From IMG/VR virus record IMGVR_UViG_3300028591_000013, positions 39,569-103,568 of that record: a stretch of DNA of 64,000 nucleotides; one strand, given 5' to 3'. The translations under genes were made by a program, and so were the position numbers. The notes beneath the pieces were generated by a model that saw only the letters and a program-made list of their open reading frames with translations, was not told where the DNA came from and did not search any database. Below, piece by piece: positions 26,085 through 35,567 of the stretch. The number at the start of each line of letters is the position of its first letter. Positions within the stretch are counted from its first letter, which is position 1. Source of the stretch: a virus. Taxonomy: Duplodnaviria > Caudoviricetes.

Positions 26085-27659
26085 TCATTTGTTCTGTTCT
26101 TTTAATGATTTATATTCTTTTTTAGCATCTTCTATAATCTTATCTACATTTAGGTTGGTTATAGAATGCATTACTGGTACAAACATTGATCCTATTACTC
26201 TTCCGTGAATAGTATCGCTATTCCAATGATATCTACATATTGTTCTACTTAATGCAAACTCATTTACAGCTTTTTCTATACAATCTGCTTTGTCTGGCAT
26301 TACTTCTGTTAGTAATACTCCTAATCCTTGTATAAAGGCTGAGTGACCAGAAGGATATGAATTAGACCACAGTTCTTTTTGGAAATATGTTACGTAGTCT
26401 CCTATGTGTGTTCCATCATAACTTATATAATCACCATCTGCATTATAGTAGCCAGTAGTATGTCCATCACCTTCTTCTATTGCATAATTTACTAATACTC
26501 TTTGATCCGGGTCTGGGTTACATGTAGCATCTCTACGCCCCATTCCTGGTCTGCGTCTTCCATATTCTTGATCTAAGAGGGATTTGCGGTTATATGAACA
26601 GTTGCATGCAAGATTTACAAGTTTGGCTATAGCTCCATCTGTGGGTATTTCTATTCCTAGGTTATGCTTTCCGAATACAGGGTGTATTGTCATCTGCCCA
26701 TATTCAGGATCTTCTACTATTCTATCACCTCCGAATATATGTAATACATCTCCATCTTTATTGGCGATAGACTGTATTGTAGTCTCATTCTTATGCTTAT
26801 ATTTTGTACCCAGATAATAGTTGTCAGAGATCATATTGTGGATTTCCTGATCTTGCTTTAAGTTATAGTTTACGTCAGGGTCAGCATTTACAGGGTATTC
26901 TCTATGATCATCTAAGTATGGTCCCGGGGCATGTGGCATGAATCCTGTTAGATCTATGAAACATTCGTCAATTTCGTTTTCATACTTTATCTTCTTACCT
27001 CCCAATTCCTCACGCATTTCTTCTATCTTCTCAGGTTGTCTACTTATAGAATATACATAAGAAGCTATCATTCTTGCTATATTTGGGTCTGTTTCAAAGC
27101 TCCATCCATATGTAGGCTGTTCAGAACCATCTGTTTTATAATCGTAAGCAAGTGCATATATTTCAGAACGTTTCTCTGGTACTAATTCTGATAATATCAT
27201 CCCAAATAACCAAGCAATGGTTTGTTCGTGTCTATAAGGATTTACTGTATCAGTATAGTAGTTGGTTATATATGGGAAGTTATGTATGTTGTACAGTTTT
27301 GGGTATCTTGCGTATTCGCATAGATAAGACCTTTCTAACAAATATTGATATGTTTTGCCATCTTTTGGTATTGAAATAACCTGTGAAAAATATTCAATTA
27401 GGTCTTCAAATATAACCTTCACTTTATCTTCTTTTTCTGCAGGTTTTTCTTCATCTTCTGTAGGCTTATCGGGCTCATCTGGCTGTTGTTTTTCCTTTTC
27501 CTCTTCTTTCTCTTCCTGTTTTTCTTCTGGTTCCTTTGGTTTTTCTGGTTCTATCATAGGCTTCTCAACTTCTTTTTCTTTGTTTTTAATGAAAAACCCA
27601 GCAACAAGACCTGCCACAGCAACCAAAAAAGCTGGTATAACTATTGTTGTAATTGCCAT
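26085..27659 (-). CDS. Membrane-anchored PAP2-superfamily (class A acid) phosphatase
   Basis: N-terminal transmembrane helix and Glu/Lys linker; motifs YGRRRP, SYPSGHS and SRTICRYHWNSD. Confidence 0.85.
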   Translation of the reverse strand: MAITTIVIPAFLVAVAGLVAGFFIKNKEKEVEKPMIEPEKPKEPEEKQEEKEEEKEKQQPDEPDKPTEDEEKPAEKEDKVKVIFEDLIEYFSQVISIPKDGKTYQYLLERSYLCEYARYPKLYNIHNFPYITNYYTDTVNPYRHEQTIAWLFGMILSELVPEKRSEIYALAYDYKTDGSEQPTYGWSFETDPNIARMIASYVYSISRQPEKIEEMREELGGKKIKYENEIDECFIDLTGFMPHAPGPYLDDHREYPVNADPDVNYNLKQDQEIHNMISDNYYLGTKYKHKNETTIQSIANKDGDVLHIFGGDRIVEDPEYGQMTIHPVFGKHNLGIEIPTDGAIAKLVNLACNCSYNRKSLLDQEYGRRRPGMGRRDATCNPDPDQRVLVNYAIEEGDGHTTGYYNADGDYISYDGTHIGDYVTYFQKELWSNSYPSGHSAFIQGLGVLLTEVMPDKADCIEKAVNEFALSRTICRYHWNSDTIHGRVIGSMFVPVMHSITNLNVDKIIEDAKKEYKSLKEQNK

Positions 27660-27663
27660 ATTA

Positions 27664-27924
27664 TTATAAATTAAATGATTCTTCAGCTTCTTTTCTACTA
27701 TCGTATAGGAAATGCAAATCGTTGTGTACTATTCCGCTTTTTATTCCAGTATCGTATAAACCATCTACACCATATACTTTTCTGCGGAGTATATTATCAG
27801 GACCATATCCATCTATTGGAATTAATAATTCTTCGCGTGTCTATACAGATCTTACAATTCCGTGGCCAACACTAAAACCTTCTGTAAACCAAACTTCATC
27901 TCCTATTTTGTATTCTTTTTTCAT
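27664..27924 (-). CDS. Small hypothetical protein with one in-frame TAG (Gln)
   Basis: MKKEYKIGDEVWF...RSV*TREELL...FNL-TAA; fills the gap between neighbouring genes exactly. Confidence 0.65.
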
Positions 27925-28151
27925 AATTCAAAACTGTGCCATTTACCGCCTACTTTATAGAAATCCCTTTCTCCGCACACGTTTACAGGAGTGTTGTGTT
28001 CAGGATCCATATTAGCATACCACACTACTTCTCTACAGTTATCAGTATGTAGCACAGGCATATCTATTTGTTTACCGTTTTTGAGTACTTTAGACTCTAG
28101 TAAAGAATATTTCCCTATATAATCAACTCCAAGTGTCATATCAATCTTCAA
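27921..28151 (-). CDS. Small hypothetical protein
   Basis: 76-aa ORF coupled to its neighbours. Confidence 0.6.
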   Translation of the reverse strand: MKIDMTLGVDYIGKYSLLESKVLKNGKQIDMPVLHTDNCREVVWYANMDPEHNTPVNVCGERDFYKVGGKWHSFEL

Positions 28152-28335
28152 ATAATTCTAGTAACCCGTTATCTGCTCCTATTGGTTCAAGGATAAACTG
28201 CCAATCTTTATGATCATTATTCCTCTCTATATCGTATCTGCGTATTACTTCTTGCTTTACGTCTTCTGTATAATGATCGTTTTCTGCAGATATTATACTT
28301 GCGAGTAAGAATGATCTTAGTTCTTCTCCTTCCAT
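28141..28335 (-). CDS. Small hypothetical protein
   Basis: 64-aa ORF coupled to its neighbours. Confidence 0.6.
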   Translation of the reverse strand: MEGEELRSFLLASIISAENDHYTEDVKQEVIRRYDIERNNDHKDWQFILEPIGADNGLLELFED

Positions 28336-28766
28336 GTCTTATTGTTTAATGATTCATATTCTTTTTCTGCATCAAAACAGGGACACATCTTCTTCCATTT
28401 TCTACTATCCTTTCCCCAGATATCCCTGTGCCCCATTATATGGGCACTAGGGAATTGTTGTATTAGATAGGATAGTATGTTAAAGAGTGAGTCTTTTTGT
28501 GCTTGTGTGCGGTTATCTATAGCTCTTCCTTTGTTATCAACCCCTCCAACATAGGCGATGTTGATGCTTGTGCTGTTGTATCCTTGTACTCCATTGCTTA
28601 CTTTGGCTATATCTAATAGGTTTTCTATCTTCCCATCAGGAAATACAACGTAATGGTATCCTGGGTTCTTCCATCCTTTACTCTTGAACTCATTCAGTAG
28701 ATCCTGTTTCGTCTACTTCTGGTTCCCCGCTGTGCAATGGACGAATATCCTCTTTATCTGTCTCAT
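28317..28766 (-). CDS. Endolysin: N-acetylmuramoyl-L-alanine amidase (T7-lysozyme-like) with TAG at codon 18
   Basis: MRQIKRIFVHCTAGNQK*TKQ...PGYHYVV...NSTSINIAYVGG...IMGHRD...KMCPCFD; Zn ligands H, H and C are present. Missed by the ORF track. Confidence 0.9.
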
Positions 28767-29154
28767 CTTCCTTTATTTCTTCAATGGGTTCAACGTATTC
28801 ATCCATTATGGTACCATTGTCATACTGCTTTTTGAACTCTTCCATGACTTTATTTATCTCGTCAAGTTGCTTTTGTTCAGCTTCATTAGCGGTATCTTTA
28901 GCATTTTGGATGCTATCAGTCAAGAATGACATACGCTTCATCAAATCTTGCCTACTCATCCCATCATACATGTGTATAAGCCACTTTTGGGCGTTATTTA
29001 AGTATACTTTGTATACTTCATTATCAGGGTTTTCTTCGACTTTTTTGGTCAAATCATCAACTAACTTCTCACACTCCTCAAGTGTATACGTATGCTGAGG
29101 AGATTTGTTGATTATATTACCGTCAATGTCGTATAAATTACTAAATTTACTCAT
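28690..29154 (-). CDS. Hypothetical protein
   Basis: 154-aa ORF. Confidence 0.7.
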   Translation of the reverse strand: MSKFSNLYDIDGNIINKSPQHTYTLEECEKLVDDLTKKVEENPDNEVYKVYLNNAQKWLIHMYDGMSRQDLMKRMSFLTDSIQNAKDTANEAEQKQLDEINKVMEEFKKQYDNGTIMDEYVEPIEEIKEDETDKEDIRPLHSGEPEVDETGSTE

Positions 29155-29272
29155 ATTTAATCAATATTATAGTCGTCGTCGCGATTTGGCCTTCTATCAT
29201 CATCGTCGTACGGCTCGATTTCGTTTAAATTATTCGTTGTCATTAGGATAAAGTCCGTTTTTGATTGCGTTT

Positions 29273-29785
29273 TTATAAGCTCTAATCATTATATCTTGGG
29301 CTTTTAAGTAAGCCTCGTTTAGCGAGAAGCGTTTCAGCGTGCTTGACGTATTTCGTACATTCTGTTTCTTGGGGGTCTCCATTTTCGTTGAACGTTATGT
29401 GAGTATAAATTTGTTCTTTTTGCCAATTTTTTAACACATTTAGAGCTGTTTTTCGCTCTTGCTTTGTACTATATCTATGAATGCACTTTAACATCTATTC
29501 TGCACTCACGCTTCCACAGGCTTTTATACTGCAAATATCGTCTATAAAACTCATAGCCGCATCTTCGTCATACTTATCCCGGATTGCTTGGAATTCCTAA
29601 ACCGCTTGCATTATATACTAATTCTCTGGGTCATATTCAGGCTCTAAATCTACTATAAAAGCGCTATTTATAGGGTATCCATGTATAAAGAAATACTTAC
29701 AGTTGTCTGTAACAGGGATGCTCTATTCTTTAAGACTTAGAAAATCAGCATAATACAGTATGGCATTTAGTTCTAAATGGGTCAT
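29273..29785 (-). CDS. Hypothetical protein with five in-frame TAG
   Basis: MTHLELNAILYYADFLSLKE*SIPV...AE*MLKCIH...; ATG overlaps the upstream TGA and the frame is open until TAA. Confidence 0.75.
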
Positions 29786-30240
29786 TTCTTTATAATAGTT
29801 TTATAGATACACTTGAACACCCATTCTAAATAATAGCAAAAAGGTTCTTGCTTACACACTTCGGTACAAATTCTATCTTCTACGTAACTATACGTATCAA
29901 GAACAACGTGGCCTGCTTCGTGTACGAGCGTTGCAAGATTATCTAAAAAGGCTTCCGGTTTACTAGGTTTAGAAAGATCAAAATTAATCTTTACAAGTAC
30001 AACATTACTTCCGTCAGACTTTCTTTTGGCTCGTATAACACACCCAAGGCAGTTTGTAAAATCAGAATCTTCTAATTCTGCACCATCAAACCAGCAGTAA
30101 TCTTTAGCTATCTGTTTAGTAGTAGCAGCATTGTTAGCAACTACTAGCGGAGTAGGATATATCGATTCGTATGTATCTATATGAACTTTACTTTTTTGTT
30201 TCATGTCTCTACTTTTACTGGGGAAAGAGAAAGTAACCAA
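29782..30240 (-). CDS. Small zincin-like (HExxH) protein
   Basis: LVHEAGHV...QEPFCYY; true start is probably MKQKSK. Confidence 0.65.
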   Translation of the reverse strand: MVTFSFPSKSRDMKQKSKVHIDTYESIYPTPLVVANNAATTKQIAKDYCWFDGAELEDSDFTNCLGCVIRAKRKSDGSNVVLVKINFDLSKPSKPEAFLDNLATLVHEAGHVVLDTYSYVEDRICTEVCKQEPFCYYLEWVFKCIYKTIIKK

Positions 30241-30344
30241 AGAGAAAGGGCCAGTATATATTATATTTAGATAAAATAAGATAGAACATCATAGGGCCCT
30301 AATAACCCCCTATAGTCCCCCTTCTTCCCCATAGGTACACTCAA

Positions 30345-30427
30345 ATAACGCAAAAATCATCAAAAAAGTTGCATTTTTGCAAATTTTTTTATTAAATTGC
30401 AACCGAAGCATAATTTTTTTACGTTAT
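30345..30427. promoter_or_regulatory. Divergent pair of ECF-type late promoters, TGCAAC-N17/18-CGTTAT
   Basis: Minus strand: TGCAAC 30373-30368 and CGTTAT 30350-30345. Plus strand: TGCAAC 30398-30403 and CGTTAT 30422-30427. Located exactly at the strand switch. Confidence 0.7.
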
Positions 30428-30452
30428 GTGGGCATAAAATAAATTTGAAACA

Positions 30453-30866
30453 ATGGAAAAAACATTACGTGTAATTGAATCATTCTTTGTTATGGAGGTT
30501 GGCGATACGTTCACTTGGGATGATAATACCAAGATGTACGTAGCAGAACACTCAGAACAGTTCCATAAGTCGGACGATAATAATTCTGAAGTTCGCTCAA
30601 CCTATCAATCTAATTTTGCAATCTCTGCTGATTATGCAAAAGAGCTGATCGCAGATGGATATCTTGAAGTAGTTGGTGCAGAGAACAAGAAGGTCTTCAT
30701 GAACGTATTTGATGAGATCAGTCGTCTTACAAACAAGTATGAGGACGAGCTCAAGAATCTTAATGAAGATATGGCAAACATGCCTGAGTGTATGAAGGTA
30801 GAGCGCACTACAGTGCTCAACAATATGCTCTCACTCCTTGATCATCTTGCAGGACTTAAAAAGTGA
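30453..30866 (+). CDS. Hypothetical protein
   Basis: 137-aa ORF, first gene of the rightward late operon. Confidence 0.75.
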   Translation: MEKTLRVIESFFVMEVGDTFTWDDNTKMYVAEHSEQFHKSDDNNSEVRSTYQSNFAISADYAKELIADGYLEVVGAENKKVFMNVFDEISRLTNKYEDELKNLNEDMANMPECMKVERTTVLNNMLSLLDHLAGLKK

Positions 30867-30870
30867 TAAA

Positions 30871-31284
30871 ATGGAAGACGAGAAGTTAATTGATCAATCG
30901 GTGCTTGCCGAAGATGTAGCCAGTCAGATAAAATATCAGTTCCTGGACTTCTTCCTCGTAAAGCCCCTGGATCCGGTCAAAGTAAAGAAAGAGTTTAGTA
31001 AACCTGTCCCAACTGGTACACCCGCAAAAGATGAAAATGGAATCGAAGCACAAGACTTCGATCGCGTTGAGACAGAGGTTAAAGAAGTTGATTCTGATTA
31101 TCGCAGAGGTGTTGTTTTGAAACGTCCTTTGTATTATATTGATTCTGAAAAAAATGATAACGTCTATACTAACATAAATGTTGGCGATGTTGTTATATTC
31201 AGAGATACTGCTGGACTTCGCTTTGATCTACTTAAAGACAGTCGCCTTTTGAGGCAATATGATATTTTAGGCATTGAAAAGTGA
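30871..31284 (+). CDS. GroES/Cpn10-like co-chaperonin
   Basis: FLVKPL...RRGVVL...INVGDVVIF...LLRQYDILG; start at MEDEK. Confidence 0.65.
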   Translation: MEDEKLIDQSVLAEDVASQIKYQFLDFFLVKPLDPVKVKKEFSKPVPTGTPAKDENGIEAQDFDRVETEVKEVDSDYRRGVVLKRPLYYIDSEKNDNVYTNINVGDVVIFRDTAGLRFDLLKDSRLLRQYDILGIEK

Positions 31285-31496
31285 TTGATATCGAGAGAGT
31301 AATAAAAGACGTTTCCAAGAACTTAGATGTAGATCGCGATACTGTCAGTGCGGTTTGTAAACATGCATTCCAAACAGTAGTTGATACGATGAAAGATGAT
31401 GGAGATACTAGAGATATACTATTCAATCAGGCATTTAAGTTTAAACTGAAACGCAGATACAAACAAGACAAGACAAAACAATACAGTTCAAAATGA
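31281..31496 (+). CDS. HU/IHF-like DNA-binding protein
   Basis: Two helices followed by ILFNQAFKFKLKRR, resembling the IHF fold found in crAss-like late modules. Confidence 0.55.
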   Translation: MIDIERVIKDVSKNLDVDRDTVSAVCKHAFQTVVDTMKDDGDTRDILFNQAFKFKLKRRYKQDKTKQYSSK

Positions 31497-31957
31497 AGAC
31501 TTTATATTTAACAGACAGCTCAACAAACATTGTTGTAGATCCCGATACCGACTTCGTAGGCACACTTCCACAGGAGGACCGTTATGCTATTCGCTCAGTA
31601 TATTATATAGAAGAGCCGATGCACATTGTATACAATTGTGGTGAGTGCAAGGAAGAGATCGATGCTAAGAAGGGTGACATCCTTCTTCTGTTCTACTCAA
31701 ACAAGTATAACAAGTACAACATCGACACAATTAGAACAAAGCAGTGGACTGCTAATATCAAGAACCGTAGAGCTATTGAGCAGAAGGAAAAGGAAGAGTG
31801 GGCTGCTAAACAAGCAGAAAACGAGTGTAAATATTGCTATTGCGAGGCGTGCCCAGACGTGTGCGCTCCAGAACCTCCAAAGGAGACTGTTTGTGAAAAG
31901 ATTTCCAAGGCCTTGACCAAGGCTAAGAAAGCTGTTAAGAAAGTTAAGAAAGCATAA
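31493..31957 (+). CDS. Hypothetical protein
   Basis: 154-aa ORF with a Cys cluster and a basic tail. Confidence 0.7.
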   Translation: MKTLYLTDSSTNIVVDPDTDFVGTLPQEDRYAIRSVYYIEEPMHIVYNCGECKEEIDAKKGDILLLFYSNKYNKYNIDTIRTKQWTANIKNRRAIEQKEKEEWAAKQAENECKYCYCEACPDVCAPEPPKETVCEKISKALTKAKKAVKKVKKA

Positions 31958-31973
31958 TCAGATATATAGAATT

Positions 31974-32315
31974 ATGAAGAAGAATATTAAAACAAAGCCC
32001 GCTTTTATTGTAAATCTTACTAATATTGAAAACTGTGACGACATAAAGTTCGAGTTTATTAGAGCAAAGGCTACACAGGGCGTGGCAATTACAGAAGATG
32101 ATATTACCTGGCTTGTGATGCTTGGAGTTAAAATTACAGGCGACATTCTCAATGAGATTGATGAAGAGTGCGAGAAGAATATTATTCGTATTAAGGACGA
32201 TAAGTTGTTTAATAAGCTTGAGGATATTCTTAAGGAGGCTACAGGTAAAAAGAAGGAGCCTTGGTATAAGCGCTTCTGGAATTGGATTAAACATCCTTTT
32301 AAGAAAAACAAGTAA
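31974..32315 (+). CDS. Hypothetical protein
   Basis: 113-aa ORF ending in KEPWYKRFWNW. Confidence 0.7.
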   Translation: MKKNIKTKPAFIVNLTNIENCDDIKFEFIRAKATQGVAITEDDITWLVMLGVKITGDILNEIDEECEKNIIRIKDDKLFNKLEDILKEATGKKKEPWYKRFWNWIKHPFKKNK

Positions 32316-32344
32316 ACGAGTATAACCGTTATGTTATACTGGAA

Positions 32345-32532
32345 GGCGCTGCGATATGTCGGTTATCCGGCGGGCGTGTAGGAAGTTCGAATCTTCCCAG
32401 AGCCGCACAATACAGCCGATACAGGGGAGGCTGAGATTCGGATGGCCATCCGGACCCCTGTGATATAGTTAAAATGTTGATTGGCAACCTACGGTTAGAC
32501 CCAATGCGGGGGAGCGTTACCCCCGGTAGGTA
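32345..32532 (+). ncRNA. Cluster of three short tRNA-like elements (closing stem plus T-arm-like hairpin)
   Basis: GGAAG-TTCGAAT-CTTCC arm at 32381-32397; ACAGGGG...CCCCTGT; ACCTAC...CGGGG-GAGCGTTA-CCCCG-GTAGGT. Confidence 0.45.
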
Positions 32533-32533
32533 C

Positions 32534-32610
32534 TGCTTAGTGGTGTATGATTCCTAGCACGTCGGGCTCTAACCCCGGAAGATCTGGAGATGAACCGGAC
32601 TGGGCAACCA
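32534..32610 (+). tRNA. Amber suppressor tRNA(CUA), probably charged with Gln
   Basis: Acceptor TGCTTAG/CTGGGCA (U1-A72), D stem GTGT/GCAC, anticodon arm TCGGG-CTCTAAC-CCCGG (CTA at 32569-32571), T stem TCTGG/CCGGA, encoded A-CCA end. Confidence 0.85.
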
Positions 32611-32634
32611 TTATTACTAAAATTATATATAAAG

Positions 32635-33192
32635 ATGGTAATTAAATTTAAAAGACTTTCAGAAAATGCAATCGCACCTGTAAAGGCACATGCCACAGAT
32701 GCTGGATTCGATTTGACATGTACACGAATCACAACAGAGATTAACGAATGTGGACAACTTGTACTTGTATATCATACTGATATTGCAGTAGAGATTCCTC
32801 AAGGTTATTTTGGAGCTCTTGTTCCTCGTTCATCTATCTCAAAGAAATCTCTTACTCTTACTAATTGTATTGGTGTAATTGATTCTGATTATCGTGGCGA
32901 AGTAATGGCCAAGATGCGAGCTACAACAGATGTTGTACCTGCTATATATAAAGAAGGTGAAAGATTTTGTCAACTCCTTATACTCCCAGTACCTGATGTA
33001 CAGTTTGAGGAGAGTGATACACTCAGTGAGACTGACCGTGGAGAAGGCGGTTATGGGTCTACTGACAATATAAACGAAAGCGCACCTACGGCTACTCAGA
33101 GTCTTCCGGAAACAGAAGTCGAGACTACAAACTCTGAGCCCGCAAATGAGGCAGCGGTGGAATCGATAAACGATTCTGAAGAAGCACAATAA
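32635..33192 (+). CDS. dut: dUTPase (trimeric)
   Basis: AGFDL, PRSS, GVIDSDYRGE and RGEGGYGST motifs. Confidence 0.95.
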   Translation: MVIKFKRLSENAIAPVKAHATDAGFDLTCTRITTEINECGQLVLVYHTDIAVEIPQGYFGALVPRSSISKKSLTLTNCIGVIDSDYRGEVMAKMRATTDVVPAIYKEGERFCQLLILPVPDVQFEESDTLSETDRGEGGYGSTDNINESAPTATQSLPETEVETTNSEPANEAAVESINDSEEAQ

Positions 33193-33408
33193 TTACGTAA
33201 TAAAAGCTTCATGGGGTGGCGTACATCAGATGGCAAAACCTCACAAACTGCAGTTGTTAAAAAACAATTGTATTCATTGTTAGATTAAAATTAGTTATGC
33301 TGATAGGGGACCATTCAAGGCCCCCTATTGGCGTATATATCAACAACAGTTCCCGCGCTGTATAATGCGGATATCAACAACAACTATTAATTATCAACAA
33401 TTTAAACT

Positions 33409-34302
33409 ATGGAAAGTTCTAAAATTATGATGTTCCCTGAGATGGGAAGTACTAATGGCATTGATCCGAACCTGCTGTTAGCTCTTAACAACAATGGTGG
33501 TTTCGGTGGTAATAACTGGATATGGATCCTCTTCCTCTGGATGATCTGGGGTTGGGGTGGCAATGGTAACTGGGGTGGAAACGGTAACAACGGATTCCTC
33601 TCTAATCAGATTGCTAACGACTCTGGTCGTGAGCTCCTGATGAACGCTATCCAGGGTAATGGTAACGCTATTCGTGACCTTGCTAATCTTCTTAATACAG
33701 AAATAAGCACTGTTCAGAATGGCATCTTTACTCTTAACAATGCTATTACTTCTGTTGGTACTCAGGTGGGCATGAGCGGATTGCAAATTTAGAACGCTAT
33801 CCAGAGTGGTAATGCATCTATCGCAAGCCAGATCTGTCAGTGCTGCTGCGAGAATCGTTTGGCTATTGCCAATCAGACCAACGCACTGCAGTCTCAGATG
33901 GCCGCAAATCAAGCAGCCGATCAGCTTGCAGTATGTCAGCAAACAAATTCGCTGAGCACACAGGCTGAGCGTAATACTCGCGACATCGTAGATGCAATAC
34001 AGAGTCAGAGTGTAATGATCAACGATAAGTTCTGTGATCTCGAAAAGAGAGAACTGCAGGATAAGATTAACTCTCTGACAGCTGACAATGCTCTGTTGCG
34101 TTCTAATATAAACAATGACCGCCAGACTGCATTTATTAACGAGAAATTTAATAATGTTGCTACTGAGCTTGCAGCCATTAAGGCTTCACAGCCCAATACA
34201 GTACCTGTACAGTGGCCTCAACTGACCGCAGTTAACACAACCCCATACATGGGAAGTTTCTACGGTGGTTGGAACGGTTGGAGCAACAATGTTTCATTTT
34301 AA
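33409..34302 (+). CDS. Bacteroidota-phage protein with Gly/Trp-rich N-terminus, CCC motif and coiled coil; one TAG
   Basis: Track ORFs 33409-33792 and 33859-34302 are in frame and joined through TAG at 33790. Confidence 0.8.
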
Positions 34303-34314
34303 TAGTTAGTGGCT

Positions 34315-34647
34315 ATGGGGTGCTTTAATGTAACTACAAATGTAAATGGAGTTCCATACTTAAGCACAACTAACGTAACTGTAACTGATACAGCGGTAGA
34401 CTTTGCTTTAGGTTTCCGCCGCATTCAGCCTGTTGGGTATTTTACAGTTCGTATCTAGGATGCTATTCCTGAGGGTACTACTGGTACACTGCCAGTAACC
34501 CTCACATTGAATGGTACAGCTAGACCGCTTACTTTCTTCAATGGAACCCCTGTAACTGCAGCCGATTTAACAGGCACAGGTATTATTACGGTCTTCAATG
34601 ATCGATTTAATGGCATACTGCAGATAACATCTGCTGTAGCAGCTTAA
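34315..34647 (+). CDS. Hypothetical beta-rich protein with one TAG
   Basis: MGCFNVTTNVNGVPY...TVRI*DAIPEG...SAVAA. Confidence 0.75.
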
Positions 34648-34673
34648 TATTAACATTTTAACATTATTAAATT

Positions 34674-35003
34674 ATGGTAGTTATTGAAATGCGTGATGCT
34701 GCATACGATACGGCATTCGATCTTCTTGAGGAAGCTAAGCATAGCGCCAAGAAGACTAAACTCACATTGTGTGAGCTTGAGGATGCTATATACGATTGCT
34801 ATGAAGCATCAAAAGATGAGTCAGAGTATTCTGAGGAGCCAGAGATGGAGTTCCGCGGAATGTCTGCAAATAGATCAGGTTATCGCCATGATGATTATGA
34901 TATGCGTGAAGATGAGGACGATGATGCTCGCTCTATGATGAGACGTAGTGGTCGTCTGCGTAGTATGCGTATGCGCCGTAGTCGCATGGGACGTCGTTAT
35001 TAA
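34674..35003 (+). CDS. Hypothetical protein with an Arg-rich tail
   Basis: 109-aa ORF followed by a hairpin. Confidence 0.7.
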   Translation: MVVIEMRDAAYDTAFDLLEEAKHSAKKTKLTLCELEDAIYDCYEASKDESEYSEEPEMEFRGMSANRSGYRHDDYDMREDEDDDARSMMRRSGRLRSMRMRRSRMGRRY

Positions 35004-35060
35004 TAATATTGTACACTCAGGGGCTTCGGCCCCTGCTCTGTACATTTAATTTTAACAGAT

Positions 35061-35567
35061 ATGTTTTCAACGTTAAGAAAAGGTGCTACTGTCTATATAT
35101 TGGATAAGACAAGTAAACCAGAAGTTAAAATTGGTTACGTCGAGAACGTAACAATGCCACGTCCCATGTATCCTACTTATAACCCAGCAGTTAGTCTTGG
35201 TACTAATATGCAGAGTGTAGTAGATCTAACGGTGCGTGTAGATGATGAAAAGAAAGAGTTTTGTGTACCAAGCAATCTGTCTATACATACGTATGGGGAT
35301 TATACTTTAAGCGAAAACAAAGAGGCTATGATATCAGAAGTAGATTCTTTGTTAAAAGACTGCGAAGATAGAATAAATAACATCCCTAAATATAAAGAAG
35401 ATGCTGCTTCATTTAAAGATATACTAAAGGCATTAAATCCTGTATACGCTAAAGAAGAACAGCGCGATGAAGCTATAGATAGTTTGACGCAACGTGTAGA
35501 CGGTATGTATTCAGCTCTTGAACGTTTAGAATCATTACTAAGAAATAGAGTAAATGGAGCAAACTAA
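35061..35567 (+). CDS. Hypothetical protein
   Basis: 168-aa ORF. Confidence 0.75.
   Translation: MFSTLRKGATVYILDKTSKPEVKIGYVENVTMPRPMYPTYNPAVSLGTNMQSVVDLTVRVDDEKKEFCVPSNLSIHTYGDYTLSENKEAMISEVDSLLKDCEDRINNIPKYKEDAASFKDILKALNPVYAKEEQRDEAIDSLTQRVDGMYSALERLESLLRNRVNGAN

Noticed and set aside
32517-32634. N-terminal extension of dUTPase from 32590 and the minus-strand ORF 32517-32732
   Set aside because: Both overlap the suppressor tRNA; the dUTPase domain starts at MVIKFK (32635).
32610-32640. Theta (HDV-like) ribozyme after the suppressor tRNA
   Set aside because: The trailer is a short AT-rich spacer leading to the dUTPase start, and CCA is already encoded.
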